DNA of 64,000 nucleotides from Somniosus microcephalus (Eukaryota), in NCBI GenBank assembly GCA_052327205.1, contig CM126213.1:27652001-27716000 (forward strand), written 5' to 3'. A model generated the notes under the pieces. That model was not told where the DNA came from, made no database searches, and saw only the letters and a program-made list of their open reading frames with translations. Made by a program: the position numbers and the translations under genes. Of this stretch, positions 48,831 through 60,297 are shown in pieces (position 1 is the first letter of the stretch; every line of letters begins with the position of its first letter).

Positions 48831-49774
48831 CCAGTAGCAATACATATATCTGATCTGCCTGTTGATAACAGTACACAGTTCAGTGGAAAAGATCTTCTAC
48901 ACACAAAGTTGTTGGACAAGGGTTGGGGGGGGGGGGTGAAAGTGAAAAATTATGAACTTTGCGTACTCCCCGAATACCTTCCTCAATGATCCATCCTTAC
49001 ATCTTTGACATTTCCCAATAATTGAGATAAATGTTGGAGGTGCTGATCCCGAACTGAGAACCCGTATGCTTAATATGATGGTTAAAGACCCCAGTGGACT
49101 GACTATTAAGAGCAGGTGATAGCCTTATTATCTTAGCCAACATTGCTCATCATCATGCCCTGCTCTCCCCAAGGCCCCTAGGAAATGAAGCATCGCATTA
49201 GACGATTCTGATTAAATAGGCTTATGGTCCTCATCACTTGCAGGGTAGGCAATAAACATTTCACTGAGGGTTAAAGAGCAGCTCCACAGGGCGGCGTGGC
49301 TATATTAATTGGTCTCTGTGTGTCTGGCGCTGGTCTGGAAATTAATTTATGGGGAGTTCTTACTGATTAAAGTACAAACGTTACCCAAAGGGATTGAGAG
49401 CAGACTCAATGGGCCCTAATGTCATCGTGACAAATTTACTTCATGCTTTTCGTGGCACTTGTCTGTAATTATGTTTATTGTTGGTGGAGCCAGCTGATTA
49501 AACAGCACACATTTCCCTGAGGGATAGAGAGCAGGCACGAGAAGTTGCATGCCAATGGGCTAATTTATGACTCTCTTTTTCACAATGGCATGCAACCCCT
49601 CTTTAATTACATTCATTGCTGCATCTGCTTGTACATTAGTTAGTTAGTTTTCTGAAAGTTTTATGCTTCACAGTGGAATGGGAATTTGGGGAGAATTTAG
49701 GAATTAAGGAGGTTAAAACTGTTCTTTAGAGACAAGGAGGTGGTAGTGACTTTAATATGTGGTAAAAACTGGAA

Positions 49775-50415
49775 ATAGAGAAAATAATGGAACTAAAGAC
49801 AGACAGGATTCCAAGACCAGGTGGGAAATTGCAATCATAATTTCCCCAAACACTCGATATTCAGGAATTGTGCTTTTGGATTGGGAAGTTGCAAATATTT
49901 AAGAAGGGACGGAGGGAGAAACTAGGTAACTACACATCTGTCAGTTTAACATCAGTTCTGGTGAAGTTACTGAAAGCTATCAGAGACAGAGTGACTGAAG
50001 CTAGCAGAGACAGAGTGACTGAAGCTATCAGAGACAGAGTGACTGAAGCTATCAGAGACAGAGTGACTGAAGCTATCAGAGACAGAGTGACTGAAGCTAT
50101 CAGAGACAGAGTGACTGAAGCTATCAGAGACAGAGTGACTGAAGCTATCAGAGACAGAGTGACTGAAGCTATCAGAGACAGAGTGACTGAAGCTACCAGA
50201 GACAGAGTGACTGAGCACTGGGGACAAATATGAGCTGATCAAAAAAGTGTCAGCATGGATTTGTGAAGGGTAGGTCAGGTTCGACTAATCTAGTTGCATT
50301 TTTTGAGGAGGTAGATATGGACGTTGTCTGATATAGATTTGCAGAAGGCATTTGATTAGGTACCGCACATGAGATTATTAGCAAAAATGAAAGTGTACAG
50401 AATTGGAGGTAACGT
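49775..50415 (+). mobile_element. Old CR1 RT fragment containing a minisatellite
   Basis: FKKG.REKLGNY.SVSLTSV..KLL, then after the repeat the decayed SQHGF..GRS..TNL..FFEE sequence. Confidence 0.75.
49973..50212. repeat. 24-bp minisatellite, 10 copies
   Basis: Unit GAAGCTATCAGAGACAGAGTGACT (EAIRDRVT in the CR1 frame). Confidence 0.95.
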
Positions 50416-50439
50416 CGTTGTCCCTCTGAATTCATTGCC

Positions 50440-51650
50440 CTCCTGTCATTTCGAAACCTCTCCCTTCATATAAACACTTCTGCCCATATTCCTGACCATC
50501 CCCTCAACCTTGCCATTTCTTGTGGCCTTTCTACTCTCATTGTCTCGGTCACTGACAAAACCATCTCCAACCACTTCTTTGTATCCCTCACCGACCCCTT
50601 CCAACCCCACTTCCCACAGCATCTGTCCCTGGAAAAAAACTCTCCTCCAAGTCATTTACAACTACGCTTTCATACTCCCAACAACCTAGCTTTTGACCTT
50701 CCAGTCGCCACAATACTCCTGCAATATGTAAATTTGCTCAGCCAGATGCTCACCTCCATCTTTGTAGCCCCTGTCCTTAGTAAAAAAATCTTTCCTCTCT
50801 ACCAGCCTGCTCCTTCCACATTAGGGGCCCTATCCTTGCTTCCGCAAGTCCAAGGAGATGCAGATTTGAGTGTATCTGCCACACAACTGGTTTAGTCATC
50901 ATTGATTAGAAGTGATTGGACCACATCTAGCGCAACTGGGCCTCACTCACACTCTGCCAAAACTACCCACTTCTCCAGGATCATCCTGGAATTTAAAGAT
51001 AACTCCACGACTTCTTTCCTCTACTACCAACCATCTCTTTAAACCCCTCTCCCTCCACTTGCACTTGTTTTTGGAGGCACAAGGAGCTCATGGACTTCTT
51101 TGTCACCAAGATTGAGACCATCGATTCAGTTGCCTCTGCTGCCTCCCCGCCTTCATTTTGCCCACACCAAATCAAACCCTCTCCCCCTGCCCTAGCCCTC
51201 AACCTGTCTCTTTCTCTCTAGTTTGTCTCCTATCTCCGCTCATGCTCTCTCCAACCTCATGCCGTCCATAAGACCCCTGCTCCTTTGACCCCATTCCCAC
51301 TAAACCATCGACGCATAATCTCCCATCCTGTCCCCAATGCTAACTGACATTGTAAATCGTTCCCTCTCATCATGTACTATACCCCTCCCGTTCAAACTCC
51401 ATCTTCAAAAAAACCACCTTTAACCTTGCTGTACTTGCAAACTTCTACCCATCTCCAATCTCCCTCTTCTCTTCAAAATCCTTGAACTTGCTCTCACCTC
51501 CCAATTCCGTGCCAATTTTCTTGCTTGAATCTCTTCAGTCAGGTTTTCATCACTGTCACAGCACCAAAATGGCCCTAACTAAAGTCACAAATGGCATCCT
51601 TGTCCTTCTTGATCTCTCTGCAGCTTTTGGTAAGATCGACCACACCACCT
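50440..51650 (+). mobile_element. Old L2 LINE internal fragment
   Basis: LESLQSGF...HST..AL.KVTN..L...LLDLSAAF..IDH and pyrimidine-rich L2-like composition. Confidence 0.75.
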
Positions 51651-51805
51651 CAAAAAATGAATTAAGTTTTCTGCTCAATTTGCCATGAAGGGTATGTTTA
51701 GTTGGTAGTATAGGTAAAGTGATGGTGCATGTGATCGTACATGGTGTGACTTTTCTGTTCACTGACTGGAGGGACTGTTTCCTAAAAATAGAAATCCCTT
51801 GAAAA

Positions 51806-53188
51806 TCTTCTTCTTAGGCAGTCCCTCAGAACCGAGGATGACTTGCTCCCACACTAAAAATGAGTTCTCAGATGACTGATCAGTCCAATGCGGGACCTAC
51901 AGCCTCTGTCACAAGTGGGGCAGACGGTGGTTGAAGGGGCGGGTGGGTGGGGTGCTTGGGTTGATGTGCGCTCCTTGCGCTTGGCTTCCACTTGCTCTCG
52001 GCGAAGAGACTCGAGGTGTTCGGCGCCTTCCCGGATGCTCTTCCTCCACTTTGAGCAGTCTTGGGCCAGGGATTCCCAGGTGTCGGTGGGGATGTTGCAC
52101 TTTTTCAAGGAGGCTTTGAGGGTGTCCTTGAAGCGTTTCCTCTGCCCACCTGGGGCTCTCTTGCCGTGTCGGAGATCCAAGTAGAGCGCTTGTTTTGGGA
52201 GTCTCGTATCGGGCACGCGGACGATGTGGCCCACCCATCGGAGCTGATCGAGCGTGGTCAGAGCTTCGATGCTGGGGATGTTGGCTTGAGCGAGAACACT
52301 GACGTTGGTGCGCCTATCCTGCCAATAGATTTGCAAGATCTTGCGGAGGCAGCGTTGGTGGTACCTCTCCAGTGCTTTGAGGTGCCTGCTGTATATGGTC
52401 TATGTCTCTGAAGCATACAGGAGGGTGGGTATCACTACTGCTCTGTAGACCATGAGCTTGGTGCCAGGTTTGAGGTCCTGATCTTCAAACACTCTGTTCC
52501 TCAGGTGAGCGAAGGCTGCACTGGCACACTGAAGGTGGTGTTGGACTTCGTCATCGACGTCTGCCCTTGTTGGCAGTAGGCGCCTGAGGTATAGCTCTTT
52601 GTTGGCCAGCGCAGACATGATGGGCTGAAATGGCCTCCTTCCATGCTGTAACTTTCTATGATTCTATGTATGGAAGGTGGTCCAGTTGTCCAAAGCCTCG
52701 TCCTTGATTTTGATAATCGGAGGGGGGGGGCAGTACTGTGTGGCGGGGGCAGGTTGATAGAGGACCTTTGTCTTACGGATGTTTAGTGTAAGGCCCATGC
52801 TCTCGTACGCTTCGGTGAAGGTGTTGACGATGGTTTGGAATTCAGCCTCCGAGGGTGCGCAGATGCAAGCGTCGTCTGCATACTCTAATTCGACGACAGA
52901 GGATGGGATGACCTTGATTCTGGACTGGAGGTGACAGAGGTTGAACAGTTTCCTGTTTATTCTGTAGATTAGCTCCACTCCAGCGGGGAGTTTACTGAGG
53001 GTGAGATGGAGCATTGCAGCAAGGAAGATCGAGAAGAGCGTTGGTGCGATGACACAGCCTTGCCTGACCCCGGTCCGTACGTGAAGTGGGTCTGTGGTGG
53101 AACCGTTGGTCAGGATCACGGCTTGCATGTTGTCGTGAAGCAGGCGGAGGATGGTGACAAACTTTTGAGGGCAGCCGAATTTGAGGAG
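51806..53188 (-). mobile_element. RTE LINE, 3' part (continues at 63194-63279)
   Basis: Reverse complement of about 27200-28495 with a (GAA)n tail; carries a short CR1 tail at about 52590-52667. Confidence 0.92.
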
Positions 53189-56027
53189 TGTAAAGTCCAC
53201 GCCTCAATAATACACGGACTTCGGGAGAACAGTTTATCAGGTACTTTACTGAACAAGAGGCAGATTGAAACTGAAACTACAGAAGCCTGCTAGGGCCTTT
53301 TATACAGGGGTGGTCACTGCCAGTACTGCAGTCTAAGACCAGTTATTCCCTTAAAGGTACATACACAACAATTCCTCCCCTTTTAGATAAACAGTACATA
53401 ACATTCATTTAACAACTAAATAATAACTAATTACAATTACAATTTTCTCAATAATATATACATCAACTGAAACAGTCATTTATAAGTTCAGTCTTTGAGG
53501 AGGCTTCCTGATCCGGACTGGATAGCGCCTTTCTCGAGTATCCTGTTCTGGCAGTGGAGTCAATTCTGGCTCATTGTCATTGGTTGGTTCGTCAGCTTCC
53601 AATACCCCTGCTTCTGAGGTAGAAGCAATCTGTACTTCGGGCTCATTACCAGGTGCACATGCTTGTGGGACAGGTTTGGCTTGTTCCTGTGACTCTAGAG
53701 TCTGGTCAGCATGGCGTCTCACGATGCTCTCTCCAACGTCCACTGTGTACATTAGTGGTCCCTGTTGTGTGCATATCGTGCCTGGCTGCCATTTTTCTGT
53801 GTGGTAATCGCGGGCCAAGACTGGTTGACCTATCTTGAAGCTCCTGATTGGCTTCTCATTTATGTGCTGGAACTGCTTATCCTCAACATCTCGTCTTATG
53901 TTTGGTTTGAGCAAATCTTAGACTCCGGTTGAAAAACAGTGCGGCTGGAGTTTGGTTGGTTGTCGCATTCCGGTAAGCAAACAGGAAGTTATCCACCTTG
54001 TGTTGCAGTGGTATGTCATCATTATACATTGCCTTGATGGCCTTTTTAAAGGTCTGAACAAACCTCTCAGCCAATCCATTTGTGGCTGGATGATATGGGG
54101 CAGATGTGTAATGTTTCACCCCATTATTCTTCAGGAACCTCCGGAAATCCTCAGACACAAACTGGGGGCCATTGTCGGAACAGATCTGTTCTGGCAACCC
54201 ATTCCTGGCGAAGATGGTCCTTAGGACTGCAATAGTTTTCTCCGTGGTGGTGGAGGACATTTTAATGACCTCTGGCCATTTCAAATGGGTGTCCACAGGA
54301 ATTAGAAACATTGAGTCCATAAATGGACCAGCGAAATCAATGTGTACCTGTTGCCATGGAGATGAGGGCCACTCCCATGGATGTAGCGGGGCCTGTGGTG
54401 GAGCGTTTTGGACCTTCTGGCATTCTGTGCATCTCTTGGTCATATCCTCGATTTCTTTATCGATTCCCGGCCACCACACTAATGCCCTGGCTAGGCTCTT
54501 CATTTTTACCCCTCCCAGATGACCCTCGTGAAGCTCATTGAGTACTCTATCTCTCAACTTGGGTGGAATTACCACTCGGGATCCACACATCAAGGTTCCC
54601 CGACACACTGACAGCTGTTCCCTCCTTGGCGAGAATGCTGGCAACAGTGAGTCGCCATATGCTGGCCATCCCTTCACCTTCAAATCATAGACCCGAGAGA
54701 GTGTCGGGTCATTTCGGGTTTCCTTCTTAATACTTGTGTTTGTAACAGGCAAACATTCGACTATGGTCGCATGGAATATCTCCACCGGGTCCACTGCAGG
54801 TGCTTCTTCCGCCGTAGGCAACGGTAGGCGCGACAGCCCATCAGCGTTTCCATGTTGTTTCGTACCTTTGTACTCTATGTCATACTGATGTGCCCCTAGA
54901 AAAAGTGACCATCTTTGCAGCCGTTGCGCCGTTATCACCGGAACGCCCTTCTTTGGGTTAAAAATTGAGACCAGGGGTTGATGATCAGTCAGTAGGGTGA
55001 ATTTCTGCCCGTGCAGATAGTGATTGAACTTCTTCACCCCCCACACCAGGCTGAGGGCCTCCCTGTCAATCTGGGCGTAGTTACGCTCGGCTGAGGTTAG
55101 TGAGCGCGATGCAAAGGCTATTGGCTTCTCTGAACCATCACGGAATTTGTGTGACAGCACCGCTCCAATGCCGTAAGGTGACGCATCACATGCCAACCGA
55201 ATCAGTAGTGTTGGGTTGTAGTGGGCCTGTGGTGTATGTAACCTGTTCCACCTTAAGAGAACTTAAGCCTGGTCCACCTTAAGAAAGGTACTACTTTCTT
55301 TGGCTGCTGTATACGTAATACCGGTGGTGACCACACCGGTATATAAGCACAGTGTAATAATATTGTATTCAGTATAGTCCTGACCTCCAACCAGTAAAGA
55401 CCTGTTGAATTTACTCTTGTGGTCTGTGTAGTAATTCTCACTATAACACACAGACTTAACAGTGGCGACGAGTCCGATTCTTACCCTGCTGCAGTAATTT
55501 CCACGGCGACTTCATCCACAGACAGGACGTCGAAGAGAGGTTTCCACCCTCATCACCTACGGGAAGACATGTCGAGCGGCAGGCATCGAGCAACCGCAGT
55601 GCAGAAGACATCCTGACCTCGAAGCCTCCATCAGCGACTGTCAGCTTCTTCTACTACCTCGTGGTGGGTAAGCCGGGCAGCGACGCGACAGAAAGTCAAC
55701 CGCGTTGGCTGTACAGACGGGGCTGGGAAGACGGAGGAATAAGGGCGGTGAGGTCGATCGCGACCAGAGATAAGGGCCGGGCCGCTTTCGAGCGAGAGGC
55801 GCAGCGCGGGACATCGATCGCGACCGGAGATAAGGGCCGCATTCGGGCTAAAGGCGCAGCGTCTGGGGAAACTGAAGGCGCGAGAGCCACGGTGAAGCGG
55901 AGACAGCGTCGGGGGACGGGTGAAAACCGCCAAGCGCGGGAAAACCGCCATTTTGTGGGCGGAGGACGACGGCAAGAGCGGGAAGCCGCCATCTTAGATA
56001 ACATTAAAAATACGATAAATTGCTACG

Positions 56028-57006
56028 ATGCCTAAACATGGGAACATTAATGCCTTCGACAGTGATATAGAAGACTGGGCTATGTATGTAGAACGCATAC
56101 AAAACTATTGTAAGGCAAATAAAATTCCTGAGGCAGATAAAGCACTAACATTACTAAACTTAATGGGTGCGAAGACATACGGGCAATTGAAACACCTGTT
56201 ATCACCAGATGAACCGGCGGATAAGACGTTCGAACAGATTGTTACTGTCCTAAAAAATCACCTTAACCCCACGTCGCTGATGCTAGCGGAACGATTTAAA
56301 TTTTACGATAGAAGACAGCTGCAAAATGAAAGCAATGCTGAATATTTGATGGAATTACGTAAGCTAGCAAAATATTGTCAGTTTGGAACGGGACTGACAG
56401 AGGCACTTCGAGATAGATTAGTGTGTGTGGTTTATTTAAACAGGATACACAAAGGCGACTGCTCGAGGAGAATGAGCTGTCTCTCGAGAAGGCGGTCACT
56501 ATGGCAGCAGCACACGAGGCCGCAGCGAGAGGCACGGCAGTAATGCAGCTACGGCCACCGGAACTCGGTACAAACAAATTGGGTTTGAGTTCTGTCAAAT
56601 GTTATCGTTGTGGAAAGACAACGCACGATCAGAACCAGTGTTGGTTTAAAAACCAAGAATGCAGAACGTGTGGCAGGCTTGGCCACATAGCTAAAGTATG
56701 CCGGTCAGGAAAGAAGACCAGCAACAAAAAGTCACCGCAAGGAAAATATGCAAAGGTACACAAGGTGACAAAGAACAGTTTGACCGAACAGAAGTCAGAT
56801 TCAGACGCTAGCAGTAATGAACTGGATAGCTTAAGAATACACAACGTTGGTAAGGATCAGACCTCCAGACAATTTGGGTCACTCTTAAGATAGCAGGAGT
56901 CCAAGTAAAAATGGAATTGGACACTGGATTGGCATTGACGGTCATGAATAAGAAAGATTAAAGAAGGTTATTCCAACGTATTCCCTTACAGGATACGGAG
57001 ATTATA
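56028..57006 (+). pseudogene. gag and protease N-terminus of element B, disrupted
   Basis: Two knuckles CYRC...H....C and CRTCGRLGHIAKVC, protease LDTG; GT slippage near 56425, 1-nt loss near 56861, TAA near 56959. Confidence 0.85.
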
Positions 57007-59985
57007 TTGAAAACGTACACGGGGCAAAGAGTGTACCCCATCGGAAAAATAGAGGTAGAAGTGCTCCACAAGGGCGAAGGAAGCCAAGTAATGGACTTAT
57101 ATGTGCTACCTGAAGGAGGTCCACCACTACTAGGACGGGAGTGGATTAGGAAAATGAATATGGACTGGCACTCCTTGAAAGCACTAACGGTAGATTCCGG
57201 GGAAACAGCTGTCAAACCTAAACGATTGTCCAGAATATTGGATGAGGCTAAAGAGGTGTTCCAGCCGGGACTGGGAACACTGAGAGGAATTACGGCAAAC
57301 ATCAAGATTGATGAACATGCACAACCAACATTTTTTAAAGCCAGACCGGTACCCTATGCAATACGACCTGCGGTTGAAGCGGAGCTGGAAGCACTAGAAC
57401 GTTCAGGTGTACTGTCTAAAGTAGATTGGAGTGAGTGGGCTACGCCCATTGTTCCCGTTATGAAACGTCCTGCGAACAATAAGCCAGGAGATCCAGGGAA
57501 GGTTCGCATCTGTGGAGATTTCAAAATCACCGTTAATCCGGTGCTTCACACGGTGCAGTATCCGCTTCCACGGATTGAGGATATTTTCGCTTCACTGTCT
57601 GGCGGGAAACACTTCACCAAGATAGACCTGGCGCAAGCGTATTTGCAGATGGAGGTTGAAGAAGAGTCACGCCAATACCTCACGATCAACACGCATCGAG
57701 GGTTGTACCGGTACAATAGGCTGGTTTTTGGAGTGGCATCGGCTCCAGCAATTTGGCAGAGGGCCATGGAGCAGGTATTACAGGGAATTCCAGGCACACA
57801 ATGTTACCTGGACGACATTCTGATCACAGGTGATGGTGATGAACAGCATCTCGCTAACTTGGAACTGGTGCTCAACAGACTGAAAGAGTATGGACTTAGA
57901 GTAAATCGGCAGAAATGTGAGTTCTTCCAGAAGCAGATCTCGTACTGTGGTCATGTCATTGACCGGGAGGGGCTTCATAAGTCTCCTGATAAGATAGCGG
58001 CAGTTGTAAAGGCTCCCGCTCCGGAGAATGTCTCTCAGTTGAGGTCGTTTCTAGGATTAATTAACTATTACCATAAATTTCTGCCAAATCTATCCATGGT
58101 GCTGCATCCGTTGAACGCTCTTTTACAGAAAGGGGTACCATGGGACTGGGGCGAAAACTGTAAGAAGGCATTTCGCAAAAGCAAAGAATTGATCACCTCA
58201 GAGGAAGTGTTGGCTCACTTCAACCCGACACTGCCTATTCGGTTGGCTTGTGATGCTTCTCCATATGGTATTGGGGCAGTACTCTCACATAAATTGCCAA
58301 ATGGCACGGAAAGGCCAGTCGCGTTTGCATCCAGATCATTGACCTCCGCTGAGCGCAACTATGCGCAGATCGATAGGGAGGCCCTTAGCCTTGTATGGGG
58401 AGTGAAGAAGTTTAATCATTACCTACAGGGCCAAAAATTCACACTTCTGACGGACCATCAACCGTTGGTGTCCATTTTTAACCCTAAGAAGGGTGTTTCG
58501 GTGATGACAGCACAGCGTCTCCAGAGATGGTCTCTTTTCTTAGGGGCGCATCAATATCAGATAGAATTCAAAGGTACGAAACAGCATGGCAATGCTGATG
58601 GCCTGTCGCGCCTGCCACTGCCTGAAGATGAAGACACGACGAAAGTTGACCCTGTTGAGTTATTTCATTCGACCATTATCGAGTGTTTACCTGTCACCAA
58701 CGCAAGTATTGAAAGAGAAACCAGGAACGACCCGACACTGTCCAGAGTCTACGAGGTGACAGTGAAAGGATGGCCAACACGGGGTGATCCTCTGTTACCG
58801 GCATTCTCGGCAAGGCGAGACCAGCTGTCCGTCTGCCATGGTACTTTGATGTACGGGACAAGAGTGATTATTCCTCCCAAGTTAAGGGAAAGAGTTTTAA
58901 AAGAACTACATGAAGGTCATCTGGGGGGAGTTAAAATGAAAAGTCTTGCTAGGGCTTACGTATGGTGGCCGGGTATTGACCAACAGATTGAGGAGTTAAC
59001 GAAAAGCTGCGCTGGGTGTCAAAAAGTGCAAAATGCACCTCCGATAGCACCGCTACACCCATGGGAATGGCCTTCAGCCCCATGGCAACGCGTACACATT
59101 GACTTTGCTGGTCCATTCATGGACTCCATGTTCCTAATCGCGGTGGACGCACATTCCAAATGGCCAGAAGTCATCAAGATGAATACCACTACTTCAGAAA
59201 AGACAATTGCGGTGTTAAGAACAATATTCGCAAGGAACGGATTGCCAGAACAGATCTGTTCGGACAACGGACCACAGTTTGTATTGGAAGAATTCCAACA
59301 ATTCTTAAAGAAGAATGGAGTTAAACATTATACCTCTGCCCCATATCATCTGGCGACAAACGGGTTGGCTGAAAGATTTGTCCAGACATTCAAAAAGGCT
59401 ATTAAGGCCATGAATGATGATCAGATTCCGCTGCAACACAAGGTCGATAAGTTCCTGATGTCATATAGAAACGCCGATCATGCCGTGACTAACCAAAGTC
59501 CTGCTATGATGTTTTATAACAGGAGGTTGCGGTCCAAGTTGGACTTGTTAAAACCAAATGTGCGGAGGGAAGTGGAAAACAAACAGTTTCGGCATATTAA
59601 CAGCAAGACCACTCGAACTTTCGACGTAGGACAACCAGTGATGGCAAGGGGCTATGGAAACGAAAAATGGCAGTCCGGAAGAATCCGGGCCAGACAAGGA
59701 CCTCTGATGTACACCGTAGATATTGGTCATAATGTGATAAGGCGTCATGCGGATCAACTGGTAGAGTCGAGAGCAAGGGTCGAACCCATGGTTGTGACAG
59801 AGACAGCTGTGGAAGACGTTCATGAACCTGAAGCATCTACCTCGGCCGAGAATGTATTTGATGATGATGACACCCAATACATTGGCAACCAACTAGAGGA
59901 GGCACCTCAACAACAAGAATCAGAGACCACTGAAAGGCGTTATCCAAGCCGAATCAGAAAGCCTCCTGAGAGACTGAACCTTTGA
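57007..59985 (+). CDS. pol of element B (RT, RNase H, integrase), open 992 aa
   Basis: YLDD, CDASPYG, LHEGH..C..C, HIDFAGP, SDNGPQF, NGLAER. Confidence 0.92.
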   Translation: MKTYTGQRVYPIGKIEVEVLHKGEGSQVMDLYVLPEGGPPLLGREWIRKMNMDWHSLKALTVDSGETAVKPKRLSRILDEAKEVFQPGLGTLRGITANIKIDEHAQPTFFKARPVPYAIRPAVEAELEALERSGVLSKVDWSEWATPIVPVMKRPANNKPGDPGKVRICGDFKITVNPVLHTVQYPLPRIEDIFASLSGGKHFTKIDLAQAYLQMEVEEESRQYLTINTHRGLYRYNRLVFGVASAPAIWQRAMEQVLQGIPGTQCYLDDILITGDGDEQHLANLELVLNRLKEYGLRVNRQKCEFFQKQISYCGHVIDREGLHKSPDKIAAVVKAPAPENVSQLRSFLGLINYYHKFLPNLSMVLHPLNALLQKGVPWDWGENCKKAFRKSKELITSEEVLAHFNPTLPIRLACDASPYGIGAVLSHKLPNGTERPVAFASRSLTSAERNYAQIDREALSLVWGVKKFNHYLQGQKFTLLTDHQPLVSIFNPKKGVSVMTAQRLQRWSLFLGAHQYQIEFKGTKQHGNADGLSRLPLPEDEDTTKVDPVELFHSTIIECLPVTNASIERETRNDPTLSRVYEVTVKGWPTRGDPLLPAFSARRDQLSVCHGTLMYGTRVIIPPKLRERVLKELHEGHLGGVKMKSLARAYVWWPGIDQQIEELTKSCAGCQKVQNAPPIAPLHPWEWPSAPWQRVHIDFAGPFMDSMFLIAVDAHSKWPEVIKMNTTTSEKTIAVLRTIFARNGLPEQICSDNGPQFVLEEFQQFLKKNGVKHYTSAPYHLATNGLAERFVQTFKKAIKAMNDDQIPLQHKVDKFLMSYRNADHAVTNQSPAMMFYNRRLRSKLDLLKPNVRREVENKQFRHINSKTTRTFDVGQPVMARGYGNEKWQSGRIRARQGPLMYTVDIGHNVIRRHADQLVESRARVEPMVVTETAVEDVHEPEASTSAENVFDDDDTQYIGNQLEEAPQQQESETTERRYPSRIRKPPERLNL

Positions 59986-60297
59986 ACTGTTATACCTGAA
60001 GTTATATATGTATATATGTTATGTTTATTTGGGGATATGACTGTTAAGCTAAAAAGGGAGGATTGTGGTGTATGTAACCTGTTCCACCTTAAGAGAACTT
60101 AAGCCTGGTCCACCTTAAGAAAGGTACTACTTTCTTTGGCTGCTGTATACGTAATACCGGTGGTGACCACACCGGTATATAAGCACAGTGTAATAATATT
60201 GTATTCAGTATAGTCCTGACCTCCAACCAGTAAAGACCTGTTGAATTTACTCTTGTGGTCTGTGTAGTAATTCTCACTATAACACACAGACTTAACA

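Larger units (their letters stand above)
55228..60297 (+). mobile_element. Ty3/Gypsy LTR retrotransposon, Mag-like (inner element B)
   Basis: 234-bp LTRs at 55228-55461 and 60064-60297 with no mismatch seen, 5-bp TSD GGGCC, PBS TGGCGACGAG at 55463, PPT AAAAAGGGAGGA. Confidence 0.97.

Noticed and set aside
49868-50242. Repeat-protein ORFs (EAIRDRVT)n and (SFSHSVSD)n
   Set aside because: By-products of a stop-free 24-bp minisatellite in a decayed CR1.
60089-60297. Novel C-terminal domain on the 815-aa gag-pol ORF
   Set aside because: It is antisense read-through into element B's LTR; the true frame resumes at 55222.
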